This document shows, piece by piece, positions 14,620-26,255 of a stretch of DNA of 30,768 nt. The notes below the pieces were generated by a model. The model saw only the letters and a program-made list of their open reading frames with translations, was not told where the DNA came from and did not search any database. The DNA lies in the IMG/VR virus record IMGVR_UViG_3300020363_000013, positions 1-30,768 of that record; one strand, given 5' to 3'. The stretch comes from a virus (Duplodnaviria > Caudoviricetes). Position 1 is the stretch's first letter, and each line of letters opens with the position of its first letter. The position numbers were made by a program, and so were the translations under genes.

Positions 14620-17600
14620 TAGATGAATATCAAAAGTATTTATTAAATCCACAAAGTGCTTATACTATAAAAGGTAGAGTAAACCCTCTTGATAATTTAC
14701 CAGCTGATTATGATAACTATAACGATCTTAATGGCCAATGGGATTTGTTTGGTGGTATTGCAGCTCACTTTAAAACAAGTTTAGGCAGTAATGCTTTTAG
14801 AAATATGCGTACTCGGATTAGTGGTTTTGATGATGAAGTTGATCCTAATTTTAATCCGTTATCAGAAGTTACTGATCCTTATATTGCAAGTAGGTATTGG
14901 GATGAGTTTTATTTTTTAGCTAATAAAAAACAAGTACAACTTAAAGAAGAACAAATAAAAGATAATTTATCTGCAAGAAAAAAAATTGATACATTAAACT
15001 TTGGTACACAATTACTAGCTTATCCTATTGGTAATTTAGCTGGTGGTGATTTAAGTTATTTTGTTCCTATTTTAAGAGGTGGTAAAATACTATCTACTAC
15101 TAAAGCATTTACAGATAGTGCATTAAGAGTATCTGGAGCAGAAGCATTATACCAAATACCTAAAGGTTGGGCTGATCCTACAGCTCAAGAAAGCATTGTG
15201 CCAGGGGTAAGTAATGAAGCATTGTTTATGATACCTACTGTTGGATTATTTGGTGGTTTAATGGGTGCTGGTTTAAATGGTTTAAGAGGAGGGTTTGCAC
15301 CTAGAGGTAGCACACCACCACCTAAACCTACACCAGAATCTCCAAAAAAAATTGAATCTGATATAACATTAGGACAACAAAATAATAAAACTTTTGCAAA
15401 AGATAATGTTACAGATATAACACCAGTTAATACTAATAATGTTTGGACAACAGAAAAAGCTGGAACTTTAAAACACGAAATAGTTAATAACGGTGTTCCA
15501 GTTAAGTTACAAGATTTAGCATTAAAAGGTACTAAAGAAGAACAATCAACAGCATTAGTTGTTTTAGAAAATCAATATCAAAGAGATATTGCAAATGCAA
15601 TTACATTTAAACCAGAAGATTCTTTAACAAAGTATCAAGAGTATAAAGATACTGAATGGGTTTTTGAAGGTACTGAAGCAAAAGAAATACACAAAGTATA
15701 TACAAGTGGTTTAGGTGGTAGAATAGTAAGAGAAATTGTAAGCAGACCTTTTGGTTTGGGTCGTTCTCCTTATGACTTTTTAAAAGATATGGTGTCAAAA
15801 TATGATTCACCAAATAACCCAGTACGATTTGAATCTGTGGAATACAATAATGCTTTAGCTGAGTTGTCATATATGATGGATGATTTAGTTAGTGATGGTG
15901 CTTTATTGCTTACAACAGATAAAAAAGCACAAGGTAGTGGTGTTAATATACAAGCAAGAAGAGAGTTTGATAGATTAATACCTAAAATTAATGAAGCTAT
16001 TTATGATGGGTTTGCATTACCTAACGGATATGCAAGAGGAGAATTAAGAGCTGGTGCTTATGACTTAGGTGTAGAAAGAGAAAAAGCAAAAGATGCTTTT
16101 AGTAAAATAATGGGAGATAACAAACAAGTTATAGAAATAGGCCCATTTTATGACCAAGTTATTAAAGAAATAGAAAGCCCAGGAAGTGCTACAAGATTAA
16201 ATTCTGATCCTAAAATAATACAAGGTGTTGAGCATACAGCAAGAGTAATAACTGAAATATCTGAAATGTTTGAAAAACTTTTAGTTGAAAGAAATTTAAT
16301 AGGTGAGCCAAAACTTATACAAAATGAAATAAATTTTTTAAACAGAAAATTAGAAAATGCAAAAACTAAAGAAGAAAGATTAGTTTACAAAGAAAGATTA
16401 AATGATGCAGAAAGTTTATTAGCGTCAGTTAAAGAAGAAGGTTTGCCTGTAAGGAGTGGTGGTTATTTTCCACATTTATATAGAGAAATTCCTGTAGCTA
16501 GAAAACAAGAATTTATAGATGATTTAGAATCTCAATTTAGAATAGACGAAATAACAGCTGGTTATATTGGTAAACTTACACCAAGAGAAAGAGCTGAACT
16601 TACTGCTAGTAGAATTATGGGTGAAGCATTAGAAGGTAATTTTATTAATCTTTCTGGTAGAGGAAGAAGTAAATATTTTATTGAAAGACAAATAACATGG
16701 CATGATAAAGACAAAATGCTTAAATGGATTGATAACGATATTTTTTCTGTAATGGCTAATTACATACAAAGAATAGGACCATTAATTAAAATGAATGATT
16801 TTGGTGGTGGTGATATTATGCTTAGCAAACAAATGTTAGAAATAGAAAAACATTTTAATATAATTAAATCTACTGCACCAAAAAAACATTTAGCAAAAAT
16901 TAATGAAGATATGGAAAACTTTAAATTAAACATAGCAGATATGCGTGATGTTGTTTTAGGTAGAATGGGTAACCATGGTAATCCAGCTGGTATACAAGCT
17001 AGAACAGCAAGATTGTTAAAAAATTATGCTACAATGATATTTGCTGGTAAGTTTTTATATAGCTCTATACCAGATATAGGTAATCTTGCAGCTATTATTG
17101 GTTTAAAAGAAATAGGTATATACACTAATGCTCTTGCTTCTGGTAATAAAAATTTAATTAATGCAATAGAAAAAAATAAAGAATTTACAAAAGAAATTGG
17201 TTTAGCAATAGAAACAGTATTAGGAAGTAATGCAAGGTTTATGGAACCAAATCAATACAGAACGCCAAGTGGTGGTATGGGTCAGTTTGGTTTAAAAAAT
17301 ATAGAAGATATAGCTGAAAAAGGTGCTAATGCTATGCACATAGCAAATTTACTTTTACCTTGGACTACTATGACAAAACAATTAGCTGGTACATTAACAA
17401 CATCACAGCTAATTAGAAACTCAATAGAACTTACTGCTAATGTTCCAACTAGAAATGGTAAAAAATATGTAGCAGATATACCTAAAAAAGACATAAAAGA
17501 ATGGCAAAGGTTACAAAACTTAGGTTTAAGTAAATCAGATATTATTAGAATTGGTGAACAAAGAACAGGCGTTAACTGGGAAGTAGTAAAAGAAGGTGAT

Positions 17601-18479
17601 GCGTCTATTTATGTTGGTAATGTTAATAATTGGACTGATAAAAAACTAGCAGAAAAATTTGAAATAGCTGTATTTGAACAAACTGAATTAGCTATTATGA
17701 TACCTGGCATTTCATCAAAACCAAATTATTTATTTAACACAATGAATGTACCATTTAGAGGAAAATGGGCTGTTAAAGTAAGAAAAGAAATGAATGATAT
17801 TGATGATGCAATTAGAGATGGTAAAAAAAGAGGTATGTCCGAAGAAGAACTAGCACCACAATATGAAAGATTTAGAGAGTTACAAGCTGAATATTCTGGT
17901 TTAGGTAGAAAATATGTACCATTGTTTAGTTTAATATTTCAGTTTAGGTCTTTTGGTATTGGTGCTGCACAAAAAATTACACAAGCATTTACACAAGGCA
18001 GACAAAGATCAAAATGGTCTGGGTTATCTGCTGTAATAGGTTTAGCTTATTTATCAAATTATTTAAGAAATCCATATTATCGTTTTTTAGACGAAGAAGA
18101 ACAAATGTTAACAGCTTTAGAATACTCTGGTGTTACAAATTGGTTGTTAGATTTTAATACATCAATAGAAACCTTAGCTCCATTGTTAACAGATGATGAA
18201 TTTGGTTTAAGACAAATGTTAGGAATGGACCCAAAATGGTCATATGATGATAATATTGATAGAATAGGTGGTGGATTTGGTACTGGTTATGCTGCTTTAT
18301 ATAAAGCATATGATTTACTTTTAAGTGATAATGATAAAACTGAAAGAGAAACTGCAAGTGCAGTTAGGCAATTAGTACCTTTTAATAATTTATTTTATTT
18401 AAGCCCTATTGCTAAACAAATACAAAATCAAGTATTAGAAGCAGATAAGCTAGACAGAAGATATTTATATGGAGATTAA
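14616..18479 (+). CDS. Large internal virion (ejection) protein, gp16-like position (1287 aa)
   Basis: Size and synteny; YFPHLY, FQFRSF and RQLVPFNNLFY motifs typical of podovirus large core proteins. Confidence 0.75.
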   Translation: MIDEYQKYLLNPQSAYTIKGRVNPLDNLPADYDNYNDLNGQWDLFGGIAAHFKTSLGSNAFRNMRTRISGFDDEVDPNFNPLSEVTDPYIASRYWDEFYFLANKKQVQLKEEQIKDNLSARKKIDTLNFGTQLLAYPIGNLAGGDLSYFVPILRGGKILSTTKAFTDSALRVSGAEALYQIPKGWADPTAQESIVPGVSNEALFMIPTVGLFGGLMGAGLNGLRGGFAPRGSTPPPKPTPESPKKIESDITLGQQNNKTFAKDNVTDITPVNTNNVWTTEKAGTLKHEIVNNGVPVKLQDLALKGTKEEQSTALVVLENQYQRDIANAITFKPEDSLTKYQEYKDTEWVFEGTEAKEIHKVYTSGLGGRIVREIVSRPFGLGRSPYDFLKDMVSKYDSPNNPVRFESVEYNNALAELSYMMDDLVSDGALLLTTDKKAQGSGVNIQARREFDRLIPKINEAIYDGFALPNGYARGELRAGAYDLGVEREKAKDAFSKIMGDNKQVIEIGPFYDQVIKEIESPGSATRLNSDPKIIQGVEHTARVITEISEMFEKLLVERNLIGEPKLIQNEINFLNRKLENAKTKEERLVYKERLNDAESLLASVKEEGLPVRSGGYFPHLYREIPVARKQEFIDDLESQFRIDEITAGYIGKLTPRERAELTASRIMGEALEGNFINLSGRGRSKYFIERQITWHDKDKMLKWIDNDIFSVMANYIQRIGPLIKMNDFGGGDIMLSKQMLEIEKHFNIIKSTAPKKHLAKINEDMENFKLNIADMRDVVLGRMGNHGNPAGIQARTARLLKNYATMIFAGKFLYSSIPDIGNLAAIIGLKEIGIYTNALASGNKNLINAIEKNKEFTKEIGLAIETVLGSNARFMEPNQYRTPSGGMGQFGLKNIEDIAEKGANAMHIANLLLPWTTMTKQLAGTLTTSQLIRNSIELTANVPTRNGKKYVADIPKKDIKEWQRLQNLGLSKSDIIRIGEQRTGVNWEVVKEGDASIYVGNVNNWTDKKLAEKFEIAVFEQTELAIMIPGISSKPNYLFNTMNVPFRGKWAVKVRKEMNDIDDAIRDGKKRGMSEEELAPQYERFRELQAEYSGLGRKYVPLFSLIFQFRSFGIGAAQKITQAFTQGRQRSKWSGLSAVIGLAYLSNYLRNPYYRFLDEEEQMLTALEYSGVTNWLLDFNTSIETLAPLLTDDEFGLRQMLGMDPKWSYDDNIDRIGGGFGTGYAALYKAYDLLLSDNDKTERETASAVRQLVPFNNLFYLSPIAKQIQNQVLEADKLDRRYLYGD

Positions 18480-18480
18480 A

Positions 18481-18513
18481 GTGCGTTGCAATAGAATTAA
18501 CATTGAGGAAAGT
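18481..18513 (+). promoter_or_regulatory. Recurrent motif GTGCGTTGC upstream of the tail fibre module
   Basis: Intergenic (motif 18481-18489), 41 nt before ATG 18522. Confidence 0.6.
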
Positions 18514-18521
18514 AAGACATT

Positions 18522-20747
18522 ATGGCGATAAGTGTATCAGATACAACACCAAGAGTAGACTATACTGTTGGCTCTACAGCACAACAAACATTTTCAGTAC
18601 CTTTTGCTACCGAACAAGCTACTGATATTAAAGTATTTGTTAATGATGTAGAAGCTACATATGTATCGTCTTTAGTAGGACAAACAGGAACTAAGTTTAC
18701 ATTAAACAATGTAGGTACAGCTAATAGTACTGAGGTACAATTTGCTACTGCACAAAGTAATGTCACTATTGACATTATACGAGATACTGCCATATCAAGA
18801 ACAAGTGACTTTAACACAGGTGGGTTTTTTGACATTGAAGATTTAAATGTTGAGTTATCAAGAGTCACAAGAAACTTACAAGATTTGGAGTTAAAAGTTG
18901 ACCAAGCTATTTCAGCACCAGTGCAAGAAGGTACGCCAGGCAATCTTCCTACTGCGACTTCAAGGGCTGGGAAGCTATTGGCTTTTGACTCATCTGGTAA
19001 TGTCACCACTAAAACAAGTGCTATTACTGAGTATCTTGGAGCTTATCCGTCTGATTTAACTAACAGGCCAGATGGTACAGCTCTACAAGTTGGTGACTTA
19101 TACTATAATACAACAGCGTTAGAAACACGCATATGGACTGGTACAGCATGGGATTTGGTATTTGGTAGGGTACAACCTATATCAACAACATACACATCTT
19201 CTGGTCAAACTACATTAACTCTTACTGCAAGACCAAGTAGTGTATTATCTATATTAGTTATTATAGATGGTGTATTACAAAATGTTGCTAATTACACATT
19301 GTCAGACAATGTAATAACATTTACTACAGCACCTCCTGTTGGTGCATCTATTGAAATTAGAGATTTTTCTTCAACAGTATCGTCTGGATCAGGTACTATT
19401 ATTGATTTATCTGGTACAGAAGTAACACAAGCTAATATAGATTTAGATAAATTACTTACTGATATTGCATCTGCAACTAACAGAATAGATACATCACAAT
19501 TATCTACATCACTACAAAATCAAATAAGCAACATTAACACTGTAGATGGAAGAGTATTAATTTTAGAAAATATTATTACTCAAAATGGTGTGCAAGTAAT
19601 TGGTGATCAAGGAACTAAAATTACAGCATTAGAAACATTAACATCATCCTTAGATAATACTGTTAATGGTTCTGCATCTACATCATTAACATCAAGAGTC
19701 GCTGCTTTAGAAGCATTACAAGTACAAGGTTCTGGTAGCATTACTTTAGATTTAAATAGAATTACTAATCTTGAATCACAAGTATTTGAATCAGATGGAA
19801 CTACAAGAAGATTAGCTACACTTAATGAGCATAACTCACTTAATGCTACTGTAAGTACATTAAATGGTACTACAACATCACACGCTACAAGATTAACTAA
19901 TTTAGAATCTATTGTTACTGGTGGTACTGGAACAAGTGTATTAGCAACTATATCACAATTAAATGCTGTAAGTACAACTGCTGCATCTGCAAATTCTACA
20001 GCTCAAGCTCAAGCAGCAACAGTTACACAATTAAGCTCAACTGTAGGTAACAATACAACAGCTATTAGTACTAATACTTCTACTATAAATGGAATACAAG
20101 GTAAGTATGCTGTTAAAATTTCTAGCAATGGGTATGTTAGTGGTTTTGGTTTAATATCTTCTGCTAATGAATTATCTGGAAGCACTACAGCATTTGGTGT
20201 TAATGCTGATAGATTTTGGATAGCTGATAGAACTAACGCAAATCATACACCTACTATAGCTTTTGAAGTTAATAATGGAGTTACTAATATTCGTGACGCT
20301 GTTATTGATTCTTTACAAGCTAATAAAATTAGAGGTGATGTAAACAAAACTAAAGTAGTAGAAACATCATCATCTTCTGCTTTAACAAACTCATATGTAT
20401 TAAAACTTACTTGTGATTTACCAGCACCAGATAATACAGGATCAACATCAGAAGGTCATGCTCCAATAGCTATGGCTAGTTTATATTTTAGTAGCTCATC
20501 TGATGGTATACATGGAAAGTTAACTGCTTGTACTTTAACAGGAAGTACAGAAGGTACTGAGTATGTTATACACGATATATATGAAGATTACTTTGTGTCT
20601 AATATGCACTTAAACTCTGGATTGCCTACACAAATATCTGCAACTGGTAAAACAACAAGTCAAATTAGATTTAAACTATATGCTAAACATGATGGTACTG
20701 CTTGTAATTTAACAAAAGCTAACATCATTGCCTGGGGATTAAGATAA
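18522..20747 (+). CDS. Tail fibre protein (T7 gp17-like N-terminal anchor, coiled-coil shaft, DUF1983-like segment)
   Basis: PRVDYT..FSVPF..DIKVFVN..LNVELSR N-terminus; RITNLE/RVAALE heptads; KYAVKI..GYVSGFGL..FGVNADRFWI. Confidence 0.85.
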   Translation: MAISVSDTTPRVDYTVGSTAQQTFSVPFATEQATDIKVFVNDVEATYVSSLVGQTGTKFTLNNVGTANSTEVQFATAQSNVTIDIIRDTAISRTSDFNTGGFFDIEDLNVELSRVTRNLQDLELKVDQAISAPVQEGTPGNLPTATSRAGKLLAFDSSGNVTTKTSAITEYLGAYPSDLTNRPDGTALQVGDLYYNTTALETRIWTGTAWDLVFGRVQPISTTYTSSGQTTLTLTARPSSVLSILVIIDGVLQNVANYTLSDNVITFTTAPPVGASIEIRDFSSTVSSGSGTIIDLSGTEVTQANIDLDKLLTDIASATNRIDTSQLSTSLQNQISNINTVDGRVLILENIITQNGVQVIGDQGTKITALETLTSSLDNTVNGSASTSLTSRVAALEALQVQGSGSITLDLNRITNLESQVFESDGTTRRLATLNEHNSLNATVSTLNGTTTSHATRLTNLESIVTGGTGTSVLATISQLNAVSTTAASANSTAQAQAATVTQLSSTVGNNTTAISTNTSTINGIQGKYAVKISSNGYVSGFGLISSANELSGSTTAFGVNADRFWIADRTNANHTPTIAFEVNNGVTNIRDAVIDSLQANKIRGDVNKTKVVETSSSSALTNSYVLKLTCDLPAPDNTGSTSEGHAPIAMASLYFSSSSDGIHGKLTACTLTGSTEGTEYVIHDIYEDYFVSNMHLNSGLPTQISATGKTTSQIRFKLYAKHDGTACNLTKANIIAWGLR

Positions 20748-21208
20748 TGCCAAAATATACAGCAGAACAATTACAAGAAAGACAGGATAACTTAGAAGCT
20801 CAAAGTAAATTAGTACAAGAAAAGTACGAAGCAGAGCAAGAACAAGCACAAATACAAAAAGAAAAACAACAAGATAAGTTAGATAATCCTATTGATGGTT
20901 ATTATGTGCAAGTATTAGGTGATAATGAATATGGATCACAAATGAGTCCAGATAAAATAGATGACTCATATGAATTAATTATACCATTTGTTGGTCAAGT
21001 TAGTAAAGGATATGAATTATATATTGATAGAAATGATGCTGGTATTTTAGAGCAAAGAATAAGAGAAGAAAGTTTAGGTTATGCTTCAAAAAGAAAAAAT
21101 GAATACCCTAAAATAGCAGATCAATTAGATATGATATATCACGACATAGACGCATGGAGAGAAACTATAAAAGAAATTAAAGATAGGAATCCTAAAGGAG
21201 AAGAATAA
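20747..21208 (+). CDS. Tail fibre-associated protein / assembly chaperone-like
   Basis: C-terminal [23 protein letters not shown]...[10 protein letters not shown] motif; directly follows the fibre gene. Confidence 0.65.
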   Translation: MPKYTAEQLQERQDNLEAQSKLVQEKYEAEQEQAQIQKEKQQDKLDNPIDGYYVQVLGDNEYGSQMSPDKIDDSYELIIPFVGQVSKGYELYIDRNDAGILEQRIREESLGYASKRKNEYPKIADQLDMIYHDIDAWRETIKEIKDRNPKGEE

Positions 21209-24200
21209 TGGCTATTACTACAGTACATGGTAGAATGGTAACAGATGGTTCTATTGGAACTGCTGATTTAGATGGTAGTGGTGTTACTACTGGTTTTAGT
21301 GGTGTTGCTAAAACTGACAATGGCGATGGCACAATGGATATTGTGTTTACTGCTGTTGGTGGACAAACATATACTATTGTAACTCCTGATTTAACTGGTC
21401 CTACTGGACCAGCTGGTGCAACTGGATCAACAGGAGCTACTGGAGCAACAGGAGCGCAAGGAGCAGCTGGACCTACTGGACCTACTGGACCAGCTGGTAC
21501 ATCTGGTATTACTGTTACAGGATTTTCTTCTACATCTAATAATAATTATACAGAAACAATTAACTTAACTTTTTCTGATGGAAGTAGTCATAGTTTTACA
21601 TCACAAAATTTAAGAGGTGCAACTGGAGCAACTGGTGCAACTGGACCTCAAGGTGCTACAGGAAACACTGGACCAACTGGTCCTACTGGTCCGACTGGTC
21701 CACAAGGTGCTACTGGTAATACTGGTGCTACCGGTGCAACTGGTACAGCAATTACAGGCATTGCTCTAACTAATAACAATAATGGTACATATGATATTGT
21801 TCACACATTATCTAATGGAACTACACAAACAGTTACTAGTCCTAACTTAACAGGACCGACTGGAGCTACAGGCCCTCAAGGTGCGACTGGTAATACTGGA
21901 CCACAAGGACCACAAGGTAATACAGGAGCTACTGGTCCGACTGGTGCTACTGGACCTCAAGGACCAGCTGGTCCAATGGCTAATGTTGTTGAAGATACAA
22001 CTCCACAACTTGGTGGCAATCTTGACGCTAATGATAAAGCAATAACAAATGCTACATTAATATCAGCTAAATCTATATCAACAGATTATGGCTCATCTTC
22101 TGCTCCTGTAACATTTACTGTAACTGTAGCAAGTAAAACATCTGGTCACCCTTATAATGGTGATGGTAGTAGTAGTGGTTATTTTATAGATGGTGTTGAA
22201 TCTCCAGCTTTAACATTTGGAGGTGCTGATGGCGTAACATCTTCATCAGGATATGTATATAAATTTGATCAATCTGATGCAAGTAACTCTGGTCATCCAT
22301 TATTATTTTATAAAGATGCTGCAAAAACTACAGCATATACAACAAATGTAACTACATCTGGTACGCCAGGCTCTGCTGGAGCATACACACAAATAGAAGT
22401 AAATGAAGATACACCTCCTATACTTTATTATCAGTGTTCTGCTCATGGTTATATGGGTAATTATGCTAATGTTCCAACATCATTAGATGGTTCTTCTTTA
22501 AAAAATTTACCACCATCAGGTGGTTCTGTAACTGTAAACGCTTCTGGTACTGTTACTGCTGGTGATCCTTGTATCCTAACATCAACTGGTACTGCTGAAA
22601 AAATTGTTGCAACTGTAAGTTATAACAATAATCAATACGATGTTGATACTACTAACTCTAATATTAAAGGTTGGCATTATAATGAAGTGTTAAATAGTAT
22701 TGTTGTTTTATATAGAAATGCGTCAGGTTATGTAGAAGTTAGAGCTGGTAAAGTTGATGACTCTGCTAGAACTATAGATTGGGGTACAGCTAAAGTTTTA
22801 AACAGTGGACAAGTAGATTATTGTTATGATGAAGGTGACAGTCATTTAGTATATATGCCAGACAATGGAATGAATAGTAGCACAGGTTCTGGTGATGGAA
22901 TGAATGGTGAAAATTACGCTAACTATCAAGTATATGCTTATATAACAAGAACAAACGCTAGTTATACTAGGTATGGAGCTGGATGGTTTTCAGTTTTAGA
23001 TTCTGATGGAAAATCTATTCGCAACACTGTAGGTAATTATTATCAAATAGCTGGTGGTGGTCAAAACCATAGTCACGCTGGTATTGCTGCTGCTTTTGAT
23101 GGAAACGCTAACAGATTAAACTTTATGTTTAGATCATATTACGGAAGTAGTATGTGGTATTGGCATAACGCATGGGCTTATCCTACAGGATATAGTCAAG
23201 GTACGTCATATGCTAGAAGTAACTGGGGTTACGAACAACAACAAGGTGGATTCCATGACACTATACCAAGAATGGAATACAATCCAGCATTTGGTTCTAT
23301 TCTTGTATGTTTTAATGGTAAAAATAAACCTACATATAGAGGTACTAGCAGTAATGTTTCAACCACTGATGGTGGTTTAGTATTTAGTTGGTTAAAGCGT
23401 GAACCTAGTTATGACACATATGGTTTACAGTATGATACTACTCAAGAAGGTAACTCAAGTTATAGTGAAACATATGACTTTAGACCTCCAAGTAATGGTA
23501 GAACATATGTTCTTGGAATGGCATATAATAAAGATAAAGACAGAATAGATGTAGCTTATGTAGGAAGAAACAGTACTGCTGGTGATGACACTGGTGTTAA
23601 TATGATCGGCGTTAAAATGCAATCTGCTAATAATGGTACTTGGTGGCAACCAGAAACTCTAACTACAAACCTTGCACAATTTATGGACACAAGTGGTTCT
23701 TATTCTAACAAATATGAATTTAAAGCTAGTGATATGTACTACGATCATACAACAAAAAAACAATATCTTGGTATGATTGATTACTCAGACTCTAATAAAT
23801 TTAAAATGGTAGAAGTTACACATGGTATTGGTAATCCAGAAACAAGATCAACCAATATAAGAGAAATGATTACGCCAAGTGCTGGTGCATATAACAGTAA
23901 CACAGGAATTAGATCGTTTATTACTACTGGTGGTAATGATATTACTGTGTATAGAGCTGGAACAACTGGATACAAAAGAGCAATTATAGGTGCAACACAA
24001 ACAACATCTAACTTAACTGGTAATTTATTTTTAGGTGTAGCTGACAGTACTGCAACTAATGGTAATCCTGTTACTGTTACTATTGAAGGTGGAGTTAATA
24101 ATTCTTTAACTGGAATGACTATTGGTTCTTCTTACTTTACTAATAATGCTGGAGTAGTTAGTACATCTGGAGAAGTTTCATTAGGTACAGCTGTAAGCGC

Positions 24201-25896
24201 AACAAGTTTATGGAGAAAGCCTGGTCCTACTGGTGTAAAACAATTTACAGCATATGAAAATATTACAGCTGGTGACGCTGTTGGTATTACAAATGATGGT
24301 AAAATTGCTAAAGCTAGAAACTTTATTACAGCTAATATATCTATAACAACTGATTCATCTTTAGCATATGATAATAGTAATGATGATAAAATACATGATG
24401 GTGTTGGTGGTTCTGAAATTCATTACAATGCTGAATATGACAAGTACATTGTGTTTTATCCATCTAACGGAACATCTAAAATTAATTATAAAGTAGGTAT
24501 TAAATCTGGAACAGGAATAACATGGGGTAGTTACAATACACTATACTCATCTAATACTGGTGGGTTTTCAATAGCAGAAGGTAAGCATCCAGATGGTACT
24601 GGTCATTGGTTGCTTGTTGTTACTACTACTAATTCAACTTATAAATATCAAACTTATACATTTGATGGTTCAACATTTACAGCTCAAGGTAGTTCTGTAA
24701 CTATGTCAGGAACATACTTTAGAAATATTTCAGGTAATAGATTCGGCATTGATGTTCAATGGGAAAACGCATCAATAACTTCTAATAGTGTAACAAGATT
24801 TGGACAATGGATAATGATAGGAAGTGGTGCTGGACAGTGGTATGAAAACAGTTACACAGCTTATGCTGCTTTTTATCACGGTAGTGGTTCTGATAAAACT
24901 GCTAGTCAATTAGGTAGATCAGAACAACAAATGAATAGTGGTGCTTCTTATGGTTACCCAGATAAAGGTTATTTTCAATTAGTTAAACATCCAACAGAAC
25001 GTGAATTTTATTTAGCTCATATGAGAAACGGTTATACAAATCATGGTGGTCTTACAAAAATATATGGCACAGGTACTGCAGCTGGTTGGAGTGCTACTTC
25101 TTTCCAAAATGTAAGTAATAATAGTGGTCATCAAAATATGGGTGGTAGTAATATTGGTTTAAGTTTGCATCCATCAAATACAGTTGGAAGCAGATTAGGT
25201 TTAGCAGTTATATACAGGCCAGACAGCTCTGGAACTATGAGATATTTTACATTTGATATGAAACAAGGAACTACAAATACACCTACTGATAGTGAAGCAT
25301 TATCATTATATAGTGGAGGTAGCGTTTCTTTTGGTCAAGGTAATATGTGTAAAGTAATAAATGACTTTGATAGTGGTAAATATATATTAATGATTGGTTA
25401 CAACTCTGGTTCAGATCATAAGGTTTACTATCATTATGTAACAGATACTACTTCAACTACAAATAACAATGCAAATACCCCACAAGTAACTGGTACATTT
25501 GTAGACACAAACAATATAGCAATTAACAGTGCATCATCTTCTGGAGTAATGCCTTTTAGAAAAGCTGGTGATGCAAGTCAATGGATAGTTTTTAATACTG
25601 GCGTAAGCTCCCCTCAAAATACTGGTAACGGTAAACCAACATCATGGTTTATTGGGCCAGAAGCACAAAATGCTTTTACAAATTTTGTTGGAATAACAAC
25701 TGAATCAGCTACAGCAAACAATACAGCTTTAGTTAAAGTAGCTGGTAGTACTGCTAGTGATTTAAGTGGTTTAACACCAGCAAAATTAGCAGTAATAGAT
25801 TCAACTACAGGCAATATACTTTCTGTTAATAGTGTAGGAACAAACCAAAAACAAATTGGTGTTACACTTTCTGCAACAGAAATACAATTAACATAG
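21208..25896 (+). CDS. Large collagen-repeat fibre/appendage protein (1562 aa)
   Basis: Three Gly-X-Y blocks, [14 protein letters not shown] motif, [12 protein letters not shown] beta-sandwich-like domain, long Gly/Ser/Thr/Tyr-rich beta regions. Confidence 0.85.
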   Translation: MAITTVHGRMVTDGSIGTADLDGSGVTTGFSGVAKTDNGDGTMDIVFTAVGGQTYTIVTPDLTGPTGPAGATGSTGATGATGAQGAAGPTGPTGPAGTSGITVTGFSSTSNNNYTETINLTFSDGSSHSFTSQNLRGATGATGATGPQGATGNTGPTGPTGPTGPQGATGNTGATGATGTAITGIALTNNNNGTYDIVHTLSNGTTQTVTSPNLTGPTGATGPQGATGNTGPQGPQGNTGATGPTGATGPQGPAGPMANVVEDTTPQLGGNLDANDKAITNATLISAKSISTDYGSSSAPVTFTVTVASKTSGHPYNGDGSSSGYFIDGVESPALTFGGADGVTSSSGYVYKFDQSDASNSGHPLLFYKDAAKTTAYTTNVTTSGTPGSAGAYTQIEVNEDTPPILYYQCSAHGYMGNYANVPTSLDGSSLKNLPPSGGSVTVNASGTVTAGDPCILTSTGTAEKIVATVSYNNNQYDVDTTNSNIKGWHYNEVLNSIVVLYRNASGYVEVRAGKVDDSARTIDWGTAKVLNSGQVDYCYDEGDSHLVYMPDNGMNSSTGSGDGMNGENYANYQVYAYITRTNASYTRYGAGWFSVLDSDGKSIRNTVGNYYQIAGGGQNHSHAGIAAAFDGNANRLNFMFRSYYGSSMWYWHNAWAYPTGYSQGTSYARSNWGYEQQQGGFHDTIPRMEYNPAFGSILVCFNGKNKPTYRGTSSNVSTTDGGLVFSWLKREPSYDTYGLQYDTTQEGNSSYSETYDFRPPSNGRTYVLGMAYNKDKDRIDVAYVGRNSTAGDDTGVNMIGVKMQSANNGTWWQPETLTTNLAQFMDTSGSYSNKYEFKASDMYYDHTTKKQYLGMIDYSDSNKFKMVEVTHGIGNPETRSTNIREMITPSAGAYNSNTGIRSFITTGGNDITVYRAGTTGYKRAIIGATQTTSNLTGNLFLGVADSTATNGNPVTVTIEGGVNNSLTGMTIGSSYFTNNAGVVSTSGEVSLGTAVSATSLWRKPGPTGVKQFTAYENITAGDAVGITNDGKIAKARNFITANISITTDSSLAYDNSNDDKIHDGVGGSEIHYNAEYDKYIVFYPSNGTSKINYKVGIKSGTGITWGSYNTLYSSNTGGFSIAEGKHPDGTGHWLLVVTTTNSTYKYQTYTFDGSTFTAQGSSVTMSGTYFRNISGNRFGIDVQWENASITSNSVTRFGQWIMIGSGAGQWYENSYTAYAAFYHGSGSDKTASQLGRSEQQMNSGASYGYPDKGYFQLVKHPTEREFYLAHMRNGYTNHGGLTKIYGTGTAAGWSATSFQNVSNNSGHQNMGGSNIGLSLHPSNTVGSRLGLAVIYRPDSSGTMRYFTFDMKQGTTNTPTDSEALSLYSGGSVSFGQGNMCKVINDFDSGKYILMIGYNSGSDHKVYYHYVTDTTSTTNNNANTPQVTGTFVDTNNIAINSASSSGVMPFRKAGDASQWIVFNTGVSSPQNTGNGKPTSWFIGPEAQNAFTNFVGITTESATANNTALVKVAGSTASDLSGLTPAKLAVIDSTTGNILSVNSVGTNQKQIGVTLSATEIQLT
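21397..21978 (+). repeat. Collagen-like (Gly-X-Y)n coding repeats in three blocks
   Basis: 9-bp periodic GGN-NNN-NNN blocks at about 21397-21507, 21616-21750 and 21853-21978. Confidence 0.9.
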
Positions 25897-25904
25897 GATA
25901 TATT

Positions 25905-26255
25905 ATGAAAATAATTACATACAAAAATGTTATAGAAAGAATTCATGTTCCAAGAGAACCAAACCCTGATGATGAAAATGCAGTATGGGGTGAAGAAAAT
26001 GATTACGACAAAGATGTAACTGGATTAGTTTTAGAAAAATTTAATGATCAAGATGTTATAGTTCAGAATGAAAATAATATTATAGTTAATGGTACATATA
26101 CAATATCTGATTTAAATATAAACAACACAGAAATTTTTACCGTTAATGATGAGGATATTCCAGAAGGGTTTATGCCATGCAAATACTATTACAATGAAAC
26201 AGATGGCTTTGTTGAAAACGATGAGTATGTAGATATGGAGAATCTAAATGACTAA
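25905..26255 (+). CDS. Acidic fibre-associated protein 1 (116 aa)
   Basis: ORF with AGGA RBS; C-terminal P..F..CKY.Y....GFV.N motif. Confidence 0.75.
   Translation: MKIITYKNVIERIHVPREPNPDDENAVWGEENDYDKDVTGLVLEKFNDQDVIVQNENNIIVNGTYTISDLNINNTEIFTVNDEDIPEGFMPCKYYYNETDGFVENDEYVDMENLND

Noticed and set aside
21397-21978. Short direct repeats resembling an array
   Set aside because: 9-bp codon periodicity of collagen Gly-X-Y; no repeat-spacer structure, so not CRISPR.
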